From Octopus sinensis (Eukaryota), in assembly GCF_006345805.1 (NCBI RefSeq), contig NW_021834316.1, positions 1 through 50,201 of the forward strand: a stretch of DNA of 50,201 nt. Reading direction: 5' to 3'. Shown in pieces: positions 13,204-26,690 of the stretch. Position numbers and translations under genes: made by a program. Below the pieces are notes generated by a model. The model had not been told where the DNA came from. It saw only the letters and a list, made by a program, of their open reading frames with translations, and searched no databases. Position 1 is the stretch's first letter. The number at the start of each line of letters is the position of its first letter.

Positions 13204-13539
13204 TCTTGTTTTCATGAATAATATTGATATCGTTTGGCCAAATATTTCTCATAGAGATGAATGAAGTAAGGAATACTGGAAGTATGTTTGAAGTTTATTT
13301 TATTTTACTTCTGATATTCGCGACTGCAGATGTGAATTAAGCAAAATAAACATCAGCTCAGTGTAATGTGACCTCGGGAACGACAGATTGAAAGCGTTTA
13401 GTTTCCCATAGAAGCTATTTTCAAATAGAAAACTCTTTAGTAAATTGATGAAATGTTGTCATTCTAATGGAGTCGTTTTCATGAAACCATATACATCATT
13501 TAATCACTGCGTTACGATACAATATTTGTCAAAATAAAA

Positions 13540-13754
13540 GGTGGCAAGCTGGCAGGATGGTTAGCACGTCGGGTGAAATGGTTAGAGGTCTTTTCATCCG
13601 TCTTCACTGTTTGAGTTCAAATTACGCCGTGGTCAGCTTCGCCTTTCATCCTTTCCTGATTGATAAAATAAGTACCAGTGTTGAACTAGGGGCTAATGAA
13701 ATCAATTTACTCGCTCCCGTGAAATGGCGGCTTGTTCCAAAATTTGAAACCAAT
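13540..13754 (+). mobile_element. SINE family B, old subfamily
   Basis: tRNA-like head, core gcctttcatcctttc...gataaaataagtaccag, tail ...ccaaaatttgaaacc. Confidence 0.8.
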
Positions 13755-14511
13755 ATATGACAAGGGTCGAAATGATGCCTATGTTAATGAGAGCGGTCGT
13801 TGAAATTGCATCGCAAGAACTTCTAATCATGCACCTAAATTATACATTGGAGTTATCTCTACATTTTCCACCACCCACCAAAATACCTCACTATTGAGAC
13901 ATGTTTTATATGAGTATTTTATATACGCAGGTTTACCTATTTCGAATCGCGAGGAGTAGAGCAAAGTAAAATGAAGAAAATAACGAACTGCCCGGTATGG
14001 GAATTGAAACCATGATGTTGTCGTTTCAATTCCAAATTCAATTTTAACACCTAACCACAAAGGCACGTGACTTAATTCCTTCTGCAGACAGCGAACATAG
14101 ATTAATTTTGAACATTTGAAAACATCTGGCAATGTTGAATACGTTGTGGCTTATAAAGAACAACATAATTGAATCTGCGAGCAATCTTGTAGCAACTGGC
14201 ATATATATATATATGCATACATATGTGTGTGTGTGTATGTGTGTGTGTGTGTGCGTGTGTGTGTGTGTTGAAGGTTCAAAAGGAGCACACAAGTTGATAT
14301 ATATGGGAAAAAAATGTCAAGGTAGAAAGTGCTAAAGAAATTTTATAAAAAATATTTCAGTACCGGTTTCAGTCATTGAGACTTTTTTAACTGTGAGTAT
14401 AGAAAAAAATAAAATTTTGGAAAAATTAAAAGAAAAAAGTTTTTTAAAACAATATTTGCATAGTGTTCAAATACAAGAGGCATTTTATTTGTTTCTGTTT
14501 CTGTCGTGTAT

Positions 14512-14584
<73 letters not shown>

Positions 14585-15292
14585 TATATATAATATATAT
14601 ATATATATAATATATATATATATGTTTATATAACGGTAGTATTGTGTGGAATGTTCAACTTTAAATGTGTGTATATAAATATATATACACATTTATAGAA
14701 TATATATATACATTTATATGTGTATATATGTGTGTATGTATATATACATATATATTTATATACACATATATATACTTGTATGTATGTATATATGTATATA
14801 GTATATATATGTGTGTGTGTGACTAATATAACGGTAGTTTTGATTGAAACGCTCAACTAATATTCGGTATGTTAAAAGGTGTGGAAGTGTTGTGTATCAT
14901 TGTTATTTTTGACACTTCTACGAGGGGTCCAACCCCTTTTATGCAGATGACATTCCATATTGTTTTTGTAGCAACACCATGCCTCACAGGAAGGTAATGC
15001 CTCAAATGACATATCGGGTCAGCAACTCATTATATGTTATATGTTGCTCGCACAATCATCGAACTGGTGGAACTTTTTCCCCTCTGCGTTCTTCGTTTCG
15101 TTTGTTCCCAATGTATGTATGTGGCAATTCATTACATCGTTTTAGTGATGACTAATCCATCAAAAACATCACTTTTACAGTCCAGCGCGACGGATAAGAC
15201 AAATCATTATGGAACAATGGCTCTGTTCTCCTCCGAAATGACCAGCTTTAGATTTGTATGGGACTTCAACGCTCAAGACACAATCTTGTTAA

Positions 15293-15436
15293 ACAATAAT
15301 AATAATAACAACAATAATAATAATAATGATGATAATAATAATAATAAGAAGAAGAAGAAGGAATGTAATAACAATAATAATAATAATAGTAATGACAAAA
15401 ATAATAATAATAATAATATTAGTAATAATGAAGAAT

Positions 15437-15475
<39 letters not shown>

Positions 15476-15520
15476 GTAATAATAAAGAATGTAATAATAA
15501 TAATAAATATAATAACGAAT

Positions 15521-15572
<52 letters not shown>

Positions 15573-15760
15573 TAATAATAATAAATGACAACAGCAATGC
15601 CAACAACAACAACGACAGCAGCCACAACAAAAACAGAAATCACGCGGGCGAATAGCATCAACAGCAGCAACAGCAGTAACTAGCATCAGTAATTGCAACA
15701 CCACCACCAACAACAACAACAACTGTAGCAACAGCAGCAACAACAACTACAACAACAACA
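15293..15760. repeat. (AAT)n/(AAC)n/(AGC)n compound tract
   Basis: Direct reading. Confidence 0.96.
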
Positions 15761-18182
15761 TCGGGTAGGCAAGTATACCAAACGACGCGGCCATAGCTTG
15801 ATAATGAAGTCATTTTATATTTAATCCATATGCCTCCCCAGGCGGCTTTTCGACGGAGCGGCTGAAACATATTTTTGCCCCCATTGTCTTCTGGGTGCCA
15901 GGCTAACAACAACTTAACAGCAACTCTACGCGTTCGTGAATTGCTATTCATTCAAGTATCTGCTTATTTCTCTCTCTCTCTCTCACTCTCTCTGTCTCTC
16001 TTTCTCTTCCTCCTTCTCTCACTCCCACCTCCTACCATTCTGCTCCACTAAATAACAACAATGGCGAAAGGCTGTCCAGCAGTAAGCATCCAATTGGTTC
16101 ATCCATCTAAAACATTTTATTTATTTGGGTTTAAGAGAAATTCTATTGCTTTCCATGTGTATACCATGTGTTTGGCTTTGGACAGAAAACACAACCCTCT
16201 GTCCACACATTCTTTATATTTGACAATGAAGGCTAAAGATTTGACACGTCTAAGATATGAATATTCGCACCTCTTATTCACCCACACTCTCTCTTTCACC
16301 CTCTCCGTCTTTGCGTATGCGTGTGTATTTGTTTGTGTGTGTTTGTGAGTGTGTTGGTCTGTTTATATGTCTGTAATTCTGAGTGCACCTCTACGGGAGC
16401 GTTGATATATTTGTGGCTATGTGGAGTATGCGTCAAGTTATTTTAGAATGAGGCAGTGTTTGTGAAAGATTGTATATGTGTATGTTTGTATATGTGTATG
16501 TATGTACATGAGTGTATGAGTGGAGGCGAGAAAGAGATAAAATGAAAGAAAGTGTTTGTGCCAACATTGTGTGTATAAGTTTATATATCTATGCTCCCGT
16601 GTGTGTTTTTCTGGGCTCATTTCTGTTTTATATGTGCGCAATATGTACCACGGTGTGGTTTAAGGCAGTGAGGAGAGGCTGGATGATGTTTTGAATAATT
16701 GGGATAGGTGAATAAACGAAAACATTGGGAAATATCTGTGGAAAGAACAAATGAGAAAGAAAAGGAGTAAGAGAGAATAAATGGAATGAAAATAGAAAAA
16801 GGAGAGAACGAAGGATGAATAGAAGCAAAGAAGAGAAATACGAGAAACTGTAAAGATAATGAAGGAATAAGAATAGGCTACGGGGAACGAAGTTTAGCGG
16901 AAACAATATTGAAGGAGAAGAGAGAGGTGCGAGAGGGAAGAAGATGTGGTAAAAGAGAGTGTAGGACAGTAAAGGAGAATAGTAAAGGCTAGTAGTGGCA
17001 AGAGAGAATGAGAAGTGAAGACTGTTAATAAGAGACAATAGGAATAATAAGATTTTGGTAAAGATGAGGGAGGGAGTGGATTTATAGAGAGTGAGAAAAG
17101 ATATAATAAAGGATGGGAAATTGATAGAGAGGAAGAAAGCGGATAGGAATGGAGATAGGGTGATACGAAGAGGTTATACAGAAATTGGGAGAGGAAAATA
17201 GATAGAGTGGGACAGAGAGATAGAAAGACAAAGGGAGTCAGGGAATGTCTATTCGTGAAGGAGAAGAGAAAATGTAGGACTGACACGAGAAGCGTACTTG
17301 GTTACGGCGAAGAAATTTGGTAAAAAGACACGAAATGATGTTTAGTAATGATGAGGGTTTGAAAACGTCGATGGAAAATATGGAATGGGAATGTTTGTTT
17401 CTTCGATCAAAAGAAGAATAATTGAAAAGACAAAACAAAACAAAAAATAAAGAATATATATATATATAAATAATAAAAAAAAGAATGGTAACGAAATCTC
17501 TACAACAATACAACGTCGGAATTAAACAGATGGGGTCAAACGAACGGACAAACATAGCGTCATGAGAATAAAAGAATATTCGGACCAAAGTCTTGTAAAA
17601 CAGCTGGTTACGTCCTTTGACCCCCCCCACTCCTACTCTTACTTATAAAATACTACGCAATACTTTGGTTTCTTCGTTTGTATCAAAAATGCATGAGTTC
17701 GTCTTGATTAACCATTCAAAAGAACTATTGATTTCCCAAAATCGGAGTTCTGTCTACTTCTTCTCTGTTTTGTCCACATGCAAACTGATTCCAACCAAAG
17801 CTTCCAATGTTAGAAATATTTTTCTTAAAAATTCGCAAATCGTTGTAAAAATAAATGAACAACAGACAATAATTGTTATTATTTTTATTATCCAGTATTG
17901 GATTTTTTTTGGTTCTGTCGTTTTCGTTTTTGTTGTAGTTTTTTTAATATTCCTTTCCAACGTTGTTTACTGTATTCGTGTTTAAGAATACGGGTATATT
18001 TGATTTCGTAAAGTCGACGTGACAAACCAAATTATTTCGCTTCTAAATAAAATACATACTTGGAAATATAGATTTGTAGTTCTGACAAATTCTCTCTATG
18101 TATTTATTCCTTTTTCTTATTTTTCTTCATTAATTATTATTATTAATTTTTATTATCATTATTATTATCATTATTATTATTA

Positions 18183-18231
<49 letters not shown>

Positions 18232-18465
18232 GTTATTATTATATTTTACACGATTCTCTTGCATTCATTGTCATTATTCCTATGTCTATAATAGTCCTAT
18301 AATGCCTCGTTTTATTATCTGAAGAGAAAGTATGATTGACAAAATTTTCTTCTCAAGTGTATTTGCTCTCCATATCTGCAAAGATAGCGTATATACTTCG
18401 CTACATACATACATATATACATACATACATGTAACCATTTGTGTGAGGGTTTGTGTGTGTATATA

Positions 18466-18500
<35 letters not shown>

Positions 18501-18646
18501 CATAAATACATAAATGAATGGATGTGAACTTCAGTCATTTGGCTGGCATACGTAATTTAATAATATACTTTTGGCCTCCAAACCTTTGTTAAAAACATAT
18601 GTTGCATATAAAGGCATGTATATACACGATAATACAATACCAACAG

Positions 18647-18684
<38 letters not shown>

Positions 18685-19113
18685 TTTCAGAATGAGCATA
18701 TGTATATATGAACATTTCTATATATACACATGCTGATATATGACCTACGTTGGACTCCTCATTCGCATTACCACCGACGCTGGAGCCTAACTATAGTCTT
18801 ATTGACACCATTACTTCTCATAACCTATATATATATGTATAAATATATATATAGACATGCAAAAGGTTTGTGATTCATCTATATTTTGTATCTTTTCATT
18901 TGTCTGGAGTTTGCTAAATTTTCTTGAGAACATTACTTTCTTAGTGATAAGACGATAGCGGATCTTCTTCTAGCATAATGGATGTCCACTTTTATATGTA
19001 TCCTTTTTATATGTATGTAATATAATTTTTTCTCAAACTTCAGATTTTCAAATATCCTAGGACCACTGGTTTTAAATTGATATTAATCTAATTAATATTC
19101 AAGTTTTCACCCT

Positions 19114-19153
<40 letters not shown>

Positions 19154-19156
<3 letters not shown>

Positions 19157-19495
19157 GGCGCATGGCTCAGTGGTTAGAGCGTCGAGCTTACGATCGTGAG
19201 GTTGTGAGCTCGAATCCCGGACCGGGCTGCGTGTTGTGCTCTCGAGCAAGGCACTTTATTTCACGTTGCTTCAGTTCACTCAGCTGTAGAAATGAGTTGC
19301 GACGTCACAGGTGCCAAGCTGTATCGACCTTTGTCTTTCCCTTGGATAACACTGGTGGCGTGGAGAGGGGAGGCTGGTATGCATGGGCGACTGCTGGCCT
19401 TCCATAAACAACCTTGCCCGGACTTGTGTCTAGGAGGGTAACTTTCAAGGTGCAATCCCATGGTCATTCATGACCGAAGGGGGTCTTTACCCCTT
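19154..19495 (+). mobile_element. SINE family D (tRNA head followed by a gagcaaggcactt central motif)
   Basis: A box TGGCTCAGTGG and B box-like AGCTCGAATCCC; single copy in the window. Confidence 0.8.
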
Positions 19496-19517
19496 TATAT
19501 ATATATATATATATATA

Positions 19518-19921
19518 CCCTTTTAGCCTTTTATTTGTTTCAGTCATTTGACTGCGGCCATGCTGGAGCACCACCTTTAGTCGAGCAAATCGACCCCAGG
19601 ACTTATTCTTTGTAAGCCCAGTACTTATTCTATCAGTCGCTTTTGCCGAACCGCTAAGTGACGGGGACGTAAACACACCAGCATCGGTTGTCAAGCAATG
19701 CTAGGGGGACAAACACAGACACACAAACACACACATACATATACATATATAAATATATACGACAGGCTTCGTTCAGTTTCCGACGACCAAATCCACTCAC
19801 AAGGCATTGGCCGGCCCGGGGCTATAGCAGAAGACACTTGCCCAAGATGCCACGCAGTGGGACTGAACCCGAAACCATGTGGCTGGTTAGCAAGCTATTT
19901 ACCACACAGCCACTCCTACGC
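19518..19921 (-). mobile_element. SINE family A
   Basis: Reverse-complement copy, tail-to-tail with the family D SINE across a (TA)n tract. Confidence 0.92.
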
Positions 19922-20376
19922 ATATATATATATATATTATTACATTTTTCGTCTGTTCCGGAATAGATTGATACGTTCACTAGCCACCAGACTACTACTT
20001 CTCTTTATTTACGTTTTTTTGTGTCCATACTGTCTAAGCGTACATCATTTAATACAAGATGAGCAATCATTCGGCAGGGTACTGGTGTTTATTTGTGGTA
20101 AACTGTATGGAAGTAATGTGGTGATAATAAAGTATTAGAAACTCAAAATGATTATTGCAGATTCCAGACTGTGAGATGAAAATTGAGGAAAGAATCTGAA
20201 GTGGTTTTGTCAAAGTTCTAAAGTAGAAAACGAAGAAAAAACACTGACGTATTTTACAGTTGTCGGTTTGGAGATATGTTCCTGAGTTGCTCGAGTAACT
20301 GAATTATATGAATTATTCTTTGGATTAATGTGTAACTGGTTGAATATTTCAGATACGTGTATCTTTAATGTATTTC

Positions 20377-20507
20377 TCAGACTGATTTAGCGTGAGCGAG
20401 AATATGTTGTACCTGGACCTTCGTTTCACAAGCGCAGTTCACACCGTTAGAGGTAGGCTTTGAAGCAAAGTTGTCTACTGAATTTGAAGCTCTCAGTTGA
20501 ACCGTAT
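20377..20507 (-). other. Candidate terminal coding exon of an unknown gene
   Basis: Acceptor tttcattttgtgtag, then (D)TVQLRASNSVDNFASKPTSNGVNCACETKVQVQHILAHAKSV and a stop. No homology recognised. Confidence 0.17.
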
Positions 20508-20970
20508 CTACACAAAATGAAATTTGGCCGAGATACCTCACAGTATTGTCTGTCTGAGCACAAGGTGAATTTTTCAATCATTCCACTTCGATGCAATCAA
20601 TATTGCAAATCTATATATGCATATATATGCATTTCCTTTTTATACAAATCTGTAACAGTTAAACGCTTATTGAGCAAAAATATATATGGTTCTTTTACGT
20701 TTATAATGTATTGGCACCTTCATAGTCTGGGAAGAAATTTTGAATACATCTATTACAGCATTTATGAATTGAGAATATTTTGTGTACTAGAGTAGCGTTA
20801 CTTGAACTAAATTATAAAAAGAACGAGGAAGAAACAAATGTTAAACCAATGATGTTAAATGTCAAAAGAGTATCTTAACTTTGTCGCGATAAGTAGCAGT
20901 AGGATCGCCATCGAATCCCATTCTAATGCAGTGATTCCGGAGCTTTTCACTACTTCGCAAACGTAATATC

Positions 20971-21654
20971 GGCGAAAGGCCGGAAACATTAACACACCGG
21001 GCAAAATGCTTAGAGGTATTTCGTTTATCATTCGGTTTTGGGTTCAAGTTTCGCCGAGGTCGAGTTTGATTTTCATCCTCAGGGGGGTCAACGAAATAAG
21101 TACCAAATGAGTACTGGAGTCGATGTAACCGACGTATTCCCAACCTCAAGCCTGCTGGCTTTGTGCCAAAATTTCAAATCAATATTTAGGATAGTTTTTA
21201 CTTCAATAAATATTCTCACGGGCCTAAGTTTTTCGAAAAGTTTTTTATTCAATAAGCTCTTTGTCAGAAACTAACAACAAACTCGTTTCAATTGAAATAT
21301 GTATGTAACCCAATATAGGTTACAAATTTTGGCACAAGGCCAGCAATTTAGTGAGGTGGTTAGTCGATTACATCGACTCAATTGGTACTTATTACATCAA
21401 CCTCGAAACCATGAGAGGCAAAAACGCCGTCGGCGGAGTTTGAACTAAAAACCTAATGACGAACGAAATAACGCTAAGCATCTGGCTCGGCGTGCAAACG
21501 ATTTTTCCAGCTCGCCATATTATGTCTGTATAATATTGTGTTTCATATATGGTCGATAAAATAAGCATCAGTTGTGCACTGGAGTCAAAGCAATCGACCT
21601 ACCCCATCCACGCCCAAACTGCTGTGGCCTTGTGCCACAATTTGAAACCAATAT
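20971..21654. mobile_element. Three old SINE family B copies (20971-21184 +, 21318-21516 -, 21547-21654 + partial)
   Basis: Same core and the ccttgtgccaaaatttgaaacc-type tail. Confidence 0.75.
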
Positions 21655-22017
21655 TAGACAGCCATACATAACATTAATAAGAATTACTAGTGTACATATG
21701 ACTTAGTAGATACTAGGGGAGTTATAATTATCTTTGCATATCATGGTTTCACTTCAATATTGGCCAGGGCATTCTTGATGTAAGTAATGCGTTAGAACTG
21801 AAATATGCAAATAGTAAAGTAGAAATGACTTATAGGAATGGAGCGGAATAGTCCCACTCGTCTTATTTCGCAAAGAGGAGGACCCCATTTGCCTTAAAAA
21901 CCACGCAGAACGAAACTAAGTTGCGATCCTACCGAAAAGAAGGCACAGTATTTAATATACATCTACAGTAAAAAGTAATGCAAAAGTATGTAGAATAGAC
22001 ATACATATATGTATATA

Positions 22018-22062
<45 letters not shown>

Positions 22063-22085
22063 TGTATGTATGTATGTATGTTGAT

Positions 22086-22295
22086 TCGCCATGTTAATTC
22101 GTTAGTTACTGCACGCATTTTTTTCTCTCCTTCTTTCTGTGTTTTTTTTCTCTCTGTTTATCTTTCTGTTGAAGAGCGTAGGCTCGAAACGTTAAAGACT
22201 TGTTTTATTTATATTTCCTGAGCGCCATACTAATACAATTGTTTGTTTGTTTTCCACCTGCCTTCGTCTTTTGTCTATTTTCATAAAGCTTCCCG

Positions 22296-22297
<2 letters not shown>
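22086..22297 (+). mobile_element. Short family F element with a hammerhead-like fold (22161-22198)
   Basis: TCTTT-CTGTTGA-A-GAGC-GTAG-GCTC-GAAAC-GTT-AAAGA. Confidence 0.8.
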
Positions 22298-22347
<50 letters not shown>

Positions 22348-22511
22348 GTATATATATTCTACCAATTATGTACGTTTTTATTACTTTTTTGCAATTTACT
22401 TAATCATTGGTATTTTGTTGTTATTTAAATTTTTATATTTCTATTATATGTAATTTTCTAGGTGGTGTAATTTAATTGTTCATTTTGAATTGATAAAATG
22501 TGTTTATTTTC

Positions 22512-22572
<61 letters not shown>

Positions 22573-22718
22573 GGAGAGAGGGAGAGAGAGAGAGAGATGA
22601 AAAACTATTGATGACGATGTTTATAATTATTTTCATTAATACATTCTGACACACACATACATTCATACATATACACGAATGTATATGTACGTACATACGC
22701 ACGTGCAGACACACACTA

Positions 22719-22802
<84 letters not shown>

Positions 22803-23973
22803 ATATGCATGTATACATGTATATATAATATATGCAATATATAAAGTAATATACTTATATATATTATATCTCAAATGTATCTATCTTTTTCTTAGTTCTC
22901 TTCCTTTATATACATGTGTGTGCGTGTGTGTATGCATATGTTTATATGTGTATATATATGCGTGTGTGTGTGTGTGCAGAGAAATAGAGAACAGGGCGAG
23001 AGAGTGTGTGTGAGAAAGAATGAGAAAGACGATGATAGAGACAGAGTGTGAAGTAGAGAAAGAAAGAAAGAAAGAAAGAAGGAAAGAAAGAAAGAGTGTT
23101 TTAGTGTGGAAGAATATCATATCGTGAACGAACACAGCTTTAAATTACATAATTATTGCTTGATTCTGCAGATCTCTAATGTTTCCAACTTCCGAAGTTG
23201 TAACAGAGAATAGTAGATTTGATTGGAACCGCGATAACTATACTCTAGTTGAATGGTATATAGTAGTTAGAAAATATCTGTGAATAGGGACGGTACAGGA
23301 AAACTATAACTTGATCACCTATGAAGTGATTAAAACTATAATCTATTTTATGGATTTCTCCAAGAGATTAACGGAAGCAATCGTTAAATTTCTTGTCTAC
23401 AAAACATCTTAATATATTAAGACACGAATCATTGAATTAAATGGCCATTACATCATTAGATTTCTACCAAAATTTTTGACCAAAACAATGAATTTCCGGC
23501 TGGTAAAATCTTCACCGAAAATCTAAATTGCATCAATTACTATAAGTCCAACCAATAAATGTATCTGAAAACGTCAACAATTACTTATGAAAGAGTTTGT
23601 ACGTGTGCGGGGTGGAATTGGTTTACTAGTAAGATAAAATTTGAGTTCGATTTCAAACAGAAGATCATTTGTTTGGAAACATGGCTATTGTTGTTCTTGT
23701 TTCGTGGTTGCCGTTATTTTTGTTATTGCTAGTGTTGGTATTATTGTAGTTATTGTATTATTAAGGTGGTGTGCTAATAGAACTGCTGCTATGCCGGACA
23801 AAATGCTTAATGGAATATTTTCTGGCTTTTTATATCCATTCGGGATCGCTAAAATATAATAAATCGAATACTGTGGTCGAGGTAATCGATTAACCTCTCA
23901 CCCTAAAGTTGAGACCCTGGTGCCGAAATTTGAAATCATTATTAATATTGTTATTATTATTATTGTTATTATT

Positions 23974-24508
23974 GTGCATGTCATCAAAGTGACATTGGGG
24001 TAAAATATACGAAGCCCAATATACCCATCATGACTACCCGTCTGATAAGGGTACACCAGGTACATGCATCACAACCATATGTGCGCGACATGGCGATCTC
24101 ATATTAAGATAAACAGCACATGACCTTGCAGGTGGGGCCCAGTTAGAATTTTCTTCTGGTCGAATAGCCCATCCCGCTCAAAAGGTCCTTGAATAAGTAT
24201 TGTTTAAGGATGCTGAACAAACCATCCAGGTTTCCAAAGGAGAATTATCCGAACCCCAAAGAATTCCTTTCAACACACTGATATGATGCTCCCCCACTAC
24301 TTCTGCTTGTGCTCAAAGATGCACATATCGTCAGCCACTAAGGGACATAGTTAACTGGTTAAGGTCAAACAACTGACAAGCAAATCTGTGGTATTGAGCA
24401 GAATATTTGCTGTAGCCCATCTTTAATACCAAGACAAGACAATGTACATGATAACACTTGCAATCAGTTAAGATGCGAAGCCATGAGAGCCACTGTCTGG
24501 TACTGCAT
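23974..24508. repeat. ~560-bp non-coding unit, copy 1 (most diverged; about 17 nt missing at left end)
   Basis: Collinear with 28589-29139, running from gtgcatgtcatcaaagtgac to gagccactgtctggtactgcat; bounded by (ATT)n. Confidence 0.93.
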
Positions 24509-24632
24509 ATTATTATTATTATTATTATTCAGTAGTTTTATTTTTATTTTTATAGCGTGCTTTCACTTCACTACCGAGCGTAGCTCTGTGTGCCTTGGGT
24601 ATGTGCTGTGATTTGTTGTGATGCTCTGATAG

Positions 24633-26690
24633 TTATTGTATGGAAAGTGTTCTGCGTAGGATGTGTGCAGTGCCTAGTAGTGCAATTTTCTGTATGTTAT
24701 ATGTGTTTGTAAATCCTGGTGTTTTTGTTATGTATTTGTCTGAATATTTTTTTATCATGCCTAATGCACCTACTATGATAGGAATTGTTTCTGTTTTCAG
24801 ATTCCACATTCTAGTTACCTCTATTTCCAGGTCTTTGTATTTTGAGAGTTTCTCCATTTCTTTTAGAGACACGTTGTCATCTGCCGGTATTGATACATCA
24901 ATTAGAAAGCATTTTTTTTCTTCATGGTCTCTGACAACTATATCTGGTCTGTTGGCCTTAATTTCTCTATCTGTGTGTATCGGCATATCCCAGAATATGG
25001 TTGCTTTCTCGTTTTCTGTGACCTTTTCTGGTGTGTGCCTATACCATCTTTTTTCTGTTGTTATTCCATAATGTTGGCATAGCTTCCAATGTATGTAGGT
25101 TCCAACTCTGTCATGTCTGTGAATATATTCCTTCTTAGCCAGGACTGGGCAGCTAGAGATAATATGATTTATTGTTTCTTGTCCATCTCCACATATTCTG
25201 CAGTTACTTGTAATATTTCTTTTCATTACATGTTTTTGGTAATTTCTGGTGGGGAGGCTTTGGTCTTGTGCTGCAATTAAAAATCCCTCTGTTTCTTCTT
25301 TGAGTCCTGAGCTTCTCAACCATTGCTGGGATTTTTCTTTGTCTATTTCTTTTGCGTTTAGTTTAGTGCAGTATTTACCATGAAGGGGTTTTTCTTGCCA
25401 TCGTTTTATCATGGCTCGTTGCTGTTCTATTTTTAGTTTGGATTTCATTTGTTTTATAGCTTTTGTTGTTTCTTCATAATCTTTTTCTTCTTCTTTGTGT
25501 TTATTAGGTGGTATGATTTCTTGTTTGTATTTGTCAGCTTCCTTAAATACTGAGAACAGTTTTTTGTTTTGCTCGTGTTTTGCTGCTATCTGGATCAGTT
25601 TTCCTTCCTTCTGAAGTAGGTATTTTTGCAGTCCTATGGTGGTTATTTTATAGTAGTTTTCCAGCTGTATGAGGCCTCTACCACCTTCTATACGTTGTAT
25701 ATATAGTCTTTCTATGTCAGATTTTGGGTGATGCATCCTAGATCCTGTCATTATTTTTCTTGTTTTCCTATCTATTTTGGTCAGTTCATTTCGTGTCCAG
25801 TTAAGGATATTGTAGCTGTAACTTATAACTGGGACAGCTAAAGTGTTGATACCTATTATCTTGTTTTTAGCATTGAGCTCTGTGTTTAGTATTGATCTAA
25901 CTCGTCTATAATATTCTTTTTTTATTTTCTCTTTCATTTGTGTGTGTTGTGTCTTATCTAGTTCCTGGATTCCTAAGTATTTGTAAGTTTGGCTTTGGTC
26001 TAATTCTTTTATTTCATTGGTTTTATCTAGTGTGATGTTGTTACTCTTAACTAGTTTTCCTCTTTTCATGGTTACTTTGGCGCATTTTTCTAATCCAAAT
26101 TTCATATCTATTTCTTTGGTAAATCCATGAACTGTCTTTAATAGTGTTTCCAGCTGTTTGTCATTTGCAGCGTATAGTTTTAGGTCATCCATATATAAAA
26201 GGTGGCTGATCGTTTTGCCGTAACATTTATATCCGCATCCAGTTCTATTTAGCATATCAGATAGAGGTGACAGTGCCAAGCAGAAAAGGAGTGGAGAGAG
26301 CGTGTCTCCCTGGAATATTCCTCTTCTAATGGGGATGTCTTTGGTTTTCATGAGTCCCTCTTTTGTTTGGAGGTGTAGGACTGTTTGCCATTTATTCATA
26401 GAGTGCTCTATGAATTTTATGATTGTTGGTGCTACTTTGTTAATGGCTAGTGTTTCGAGGATCCATGTGTGGGGGATGCTATCAAACGCCTTTTTGTAGT
26501 CAATCCAGGCCATACTGAGGCCTTTCTTCTTTCTGTGGCTGTCTTCAGTTATGGCTTTATTAATCATTAGTTGATCTTTACAGCCATATGAGCCTTTGCG
26601 GCATCCTTTCTGCTCTTCTGGGAACAGTTTGTTTTCGTCCAGGTGCTTGTTCAGCCTTTGTGATATCACTGCAGTAAATGCCTTGAACAT
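24633..26690 (-). CDS. Uninterrupted 685-aa C-terminal part of the R4/Dong ORF: reverse transcriptase, CCHC zinc knuckle and PD-(D/E)xK restriction-like endonuclease
   Basis: RT motifs WIDYKKAFDSIPH, RGIFQGDTLSPLLF, HLLYMDDLKLY and YKYLG. Knuckle CRICGDGQETINHIISSC, then RHDRV. RLE motifs RPDIVVRD, DVSIP and EKLSKYKDL. Confidence 0.95.
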   Translation of the reverse strand: MFKAFTAVISQRLNKHLDENKLFPEEQKGCRKGSYGCKDQLMINKAITEDSHRKKKGLSMAWIDYKKAFDSIPHTWILETLAINKVAPTIIKFIEHSMNKWQTVLHLQTKEGLMKTKDIPIRRGIFQGDTLSPLLFCLALSPLSDMLNRTGCGYKCYGKTISHLLYMDDLKLYAANDKQLETLLKTVHGFTKEIDMKFGLEKCAKVTMKRGKLVKSNNITLDKTNEIKELDQSQTYKYLGIQELDKTQHTQMKEKIKKEYYRRVRSILNTELNAKNKIIGINTLAVPVISYSYNILNWTRNELTKIDRKTRKIMTGSRMHHPKSDIERLYIQRIEGGRGLIQLENYYKITTIGLQKYLLQKEGKLIQIAAKHEQNKKLFSVFKEADKYKQEIIPPNKHKEEEKDYEETTKAIKQMKSKLKIEQQRAMIKRWQEKPLHGKYCTKLNAKEIDKEKSQQWLRSSGLKEETEGFLIAAQDQSLPTRNYQKHVMKRNITSNCRICGDGQETINHIISSCPVLAKKEYIHRHDRVGTYIHWKLCQHYGITTEKRWYRHTPEKVTENEKATIFWDMPIHTDREIKANRPDIVVRDHEEKKCFLIDVSIPADDNVSLKEMEKLSKYKDLEIEVTRMWNLKTETIPIIVGALGMIKKYSDKYITKTPGFTNTYNIQKIALLGTAHILRRTLSIQ

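Noticed and set aside
14628-14838. 13-bp direct repeat atataacggtagt as a TSD
   Set aside because: The enclosed sequence is mostly (TA)-rich microsatellite with no element hallmarks; more likely a small local duplication.
15034-15746. Poly-Asn and poly-Leu ORFs
   Set aside because: Open frames come from stop-free trinucleotide repeats; no domain is recognisable.
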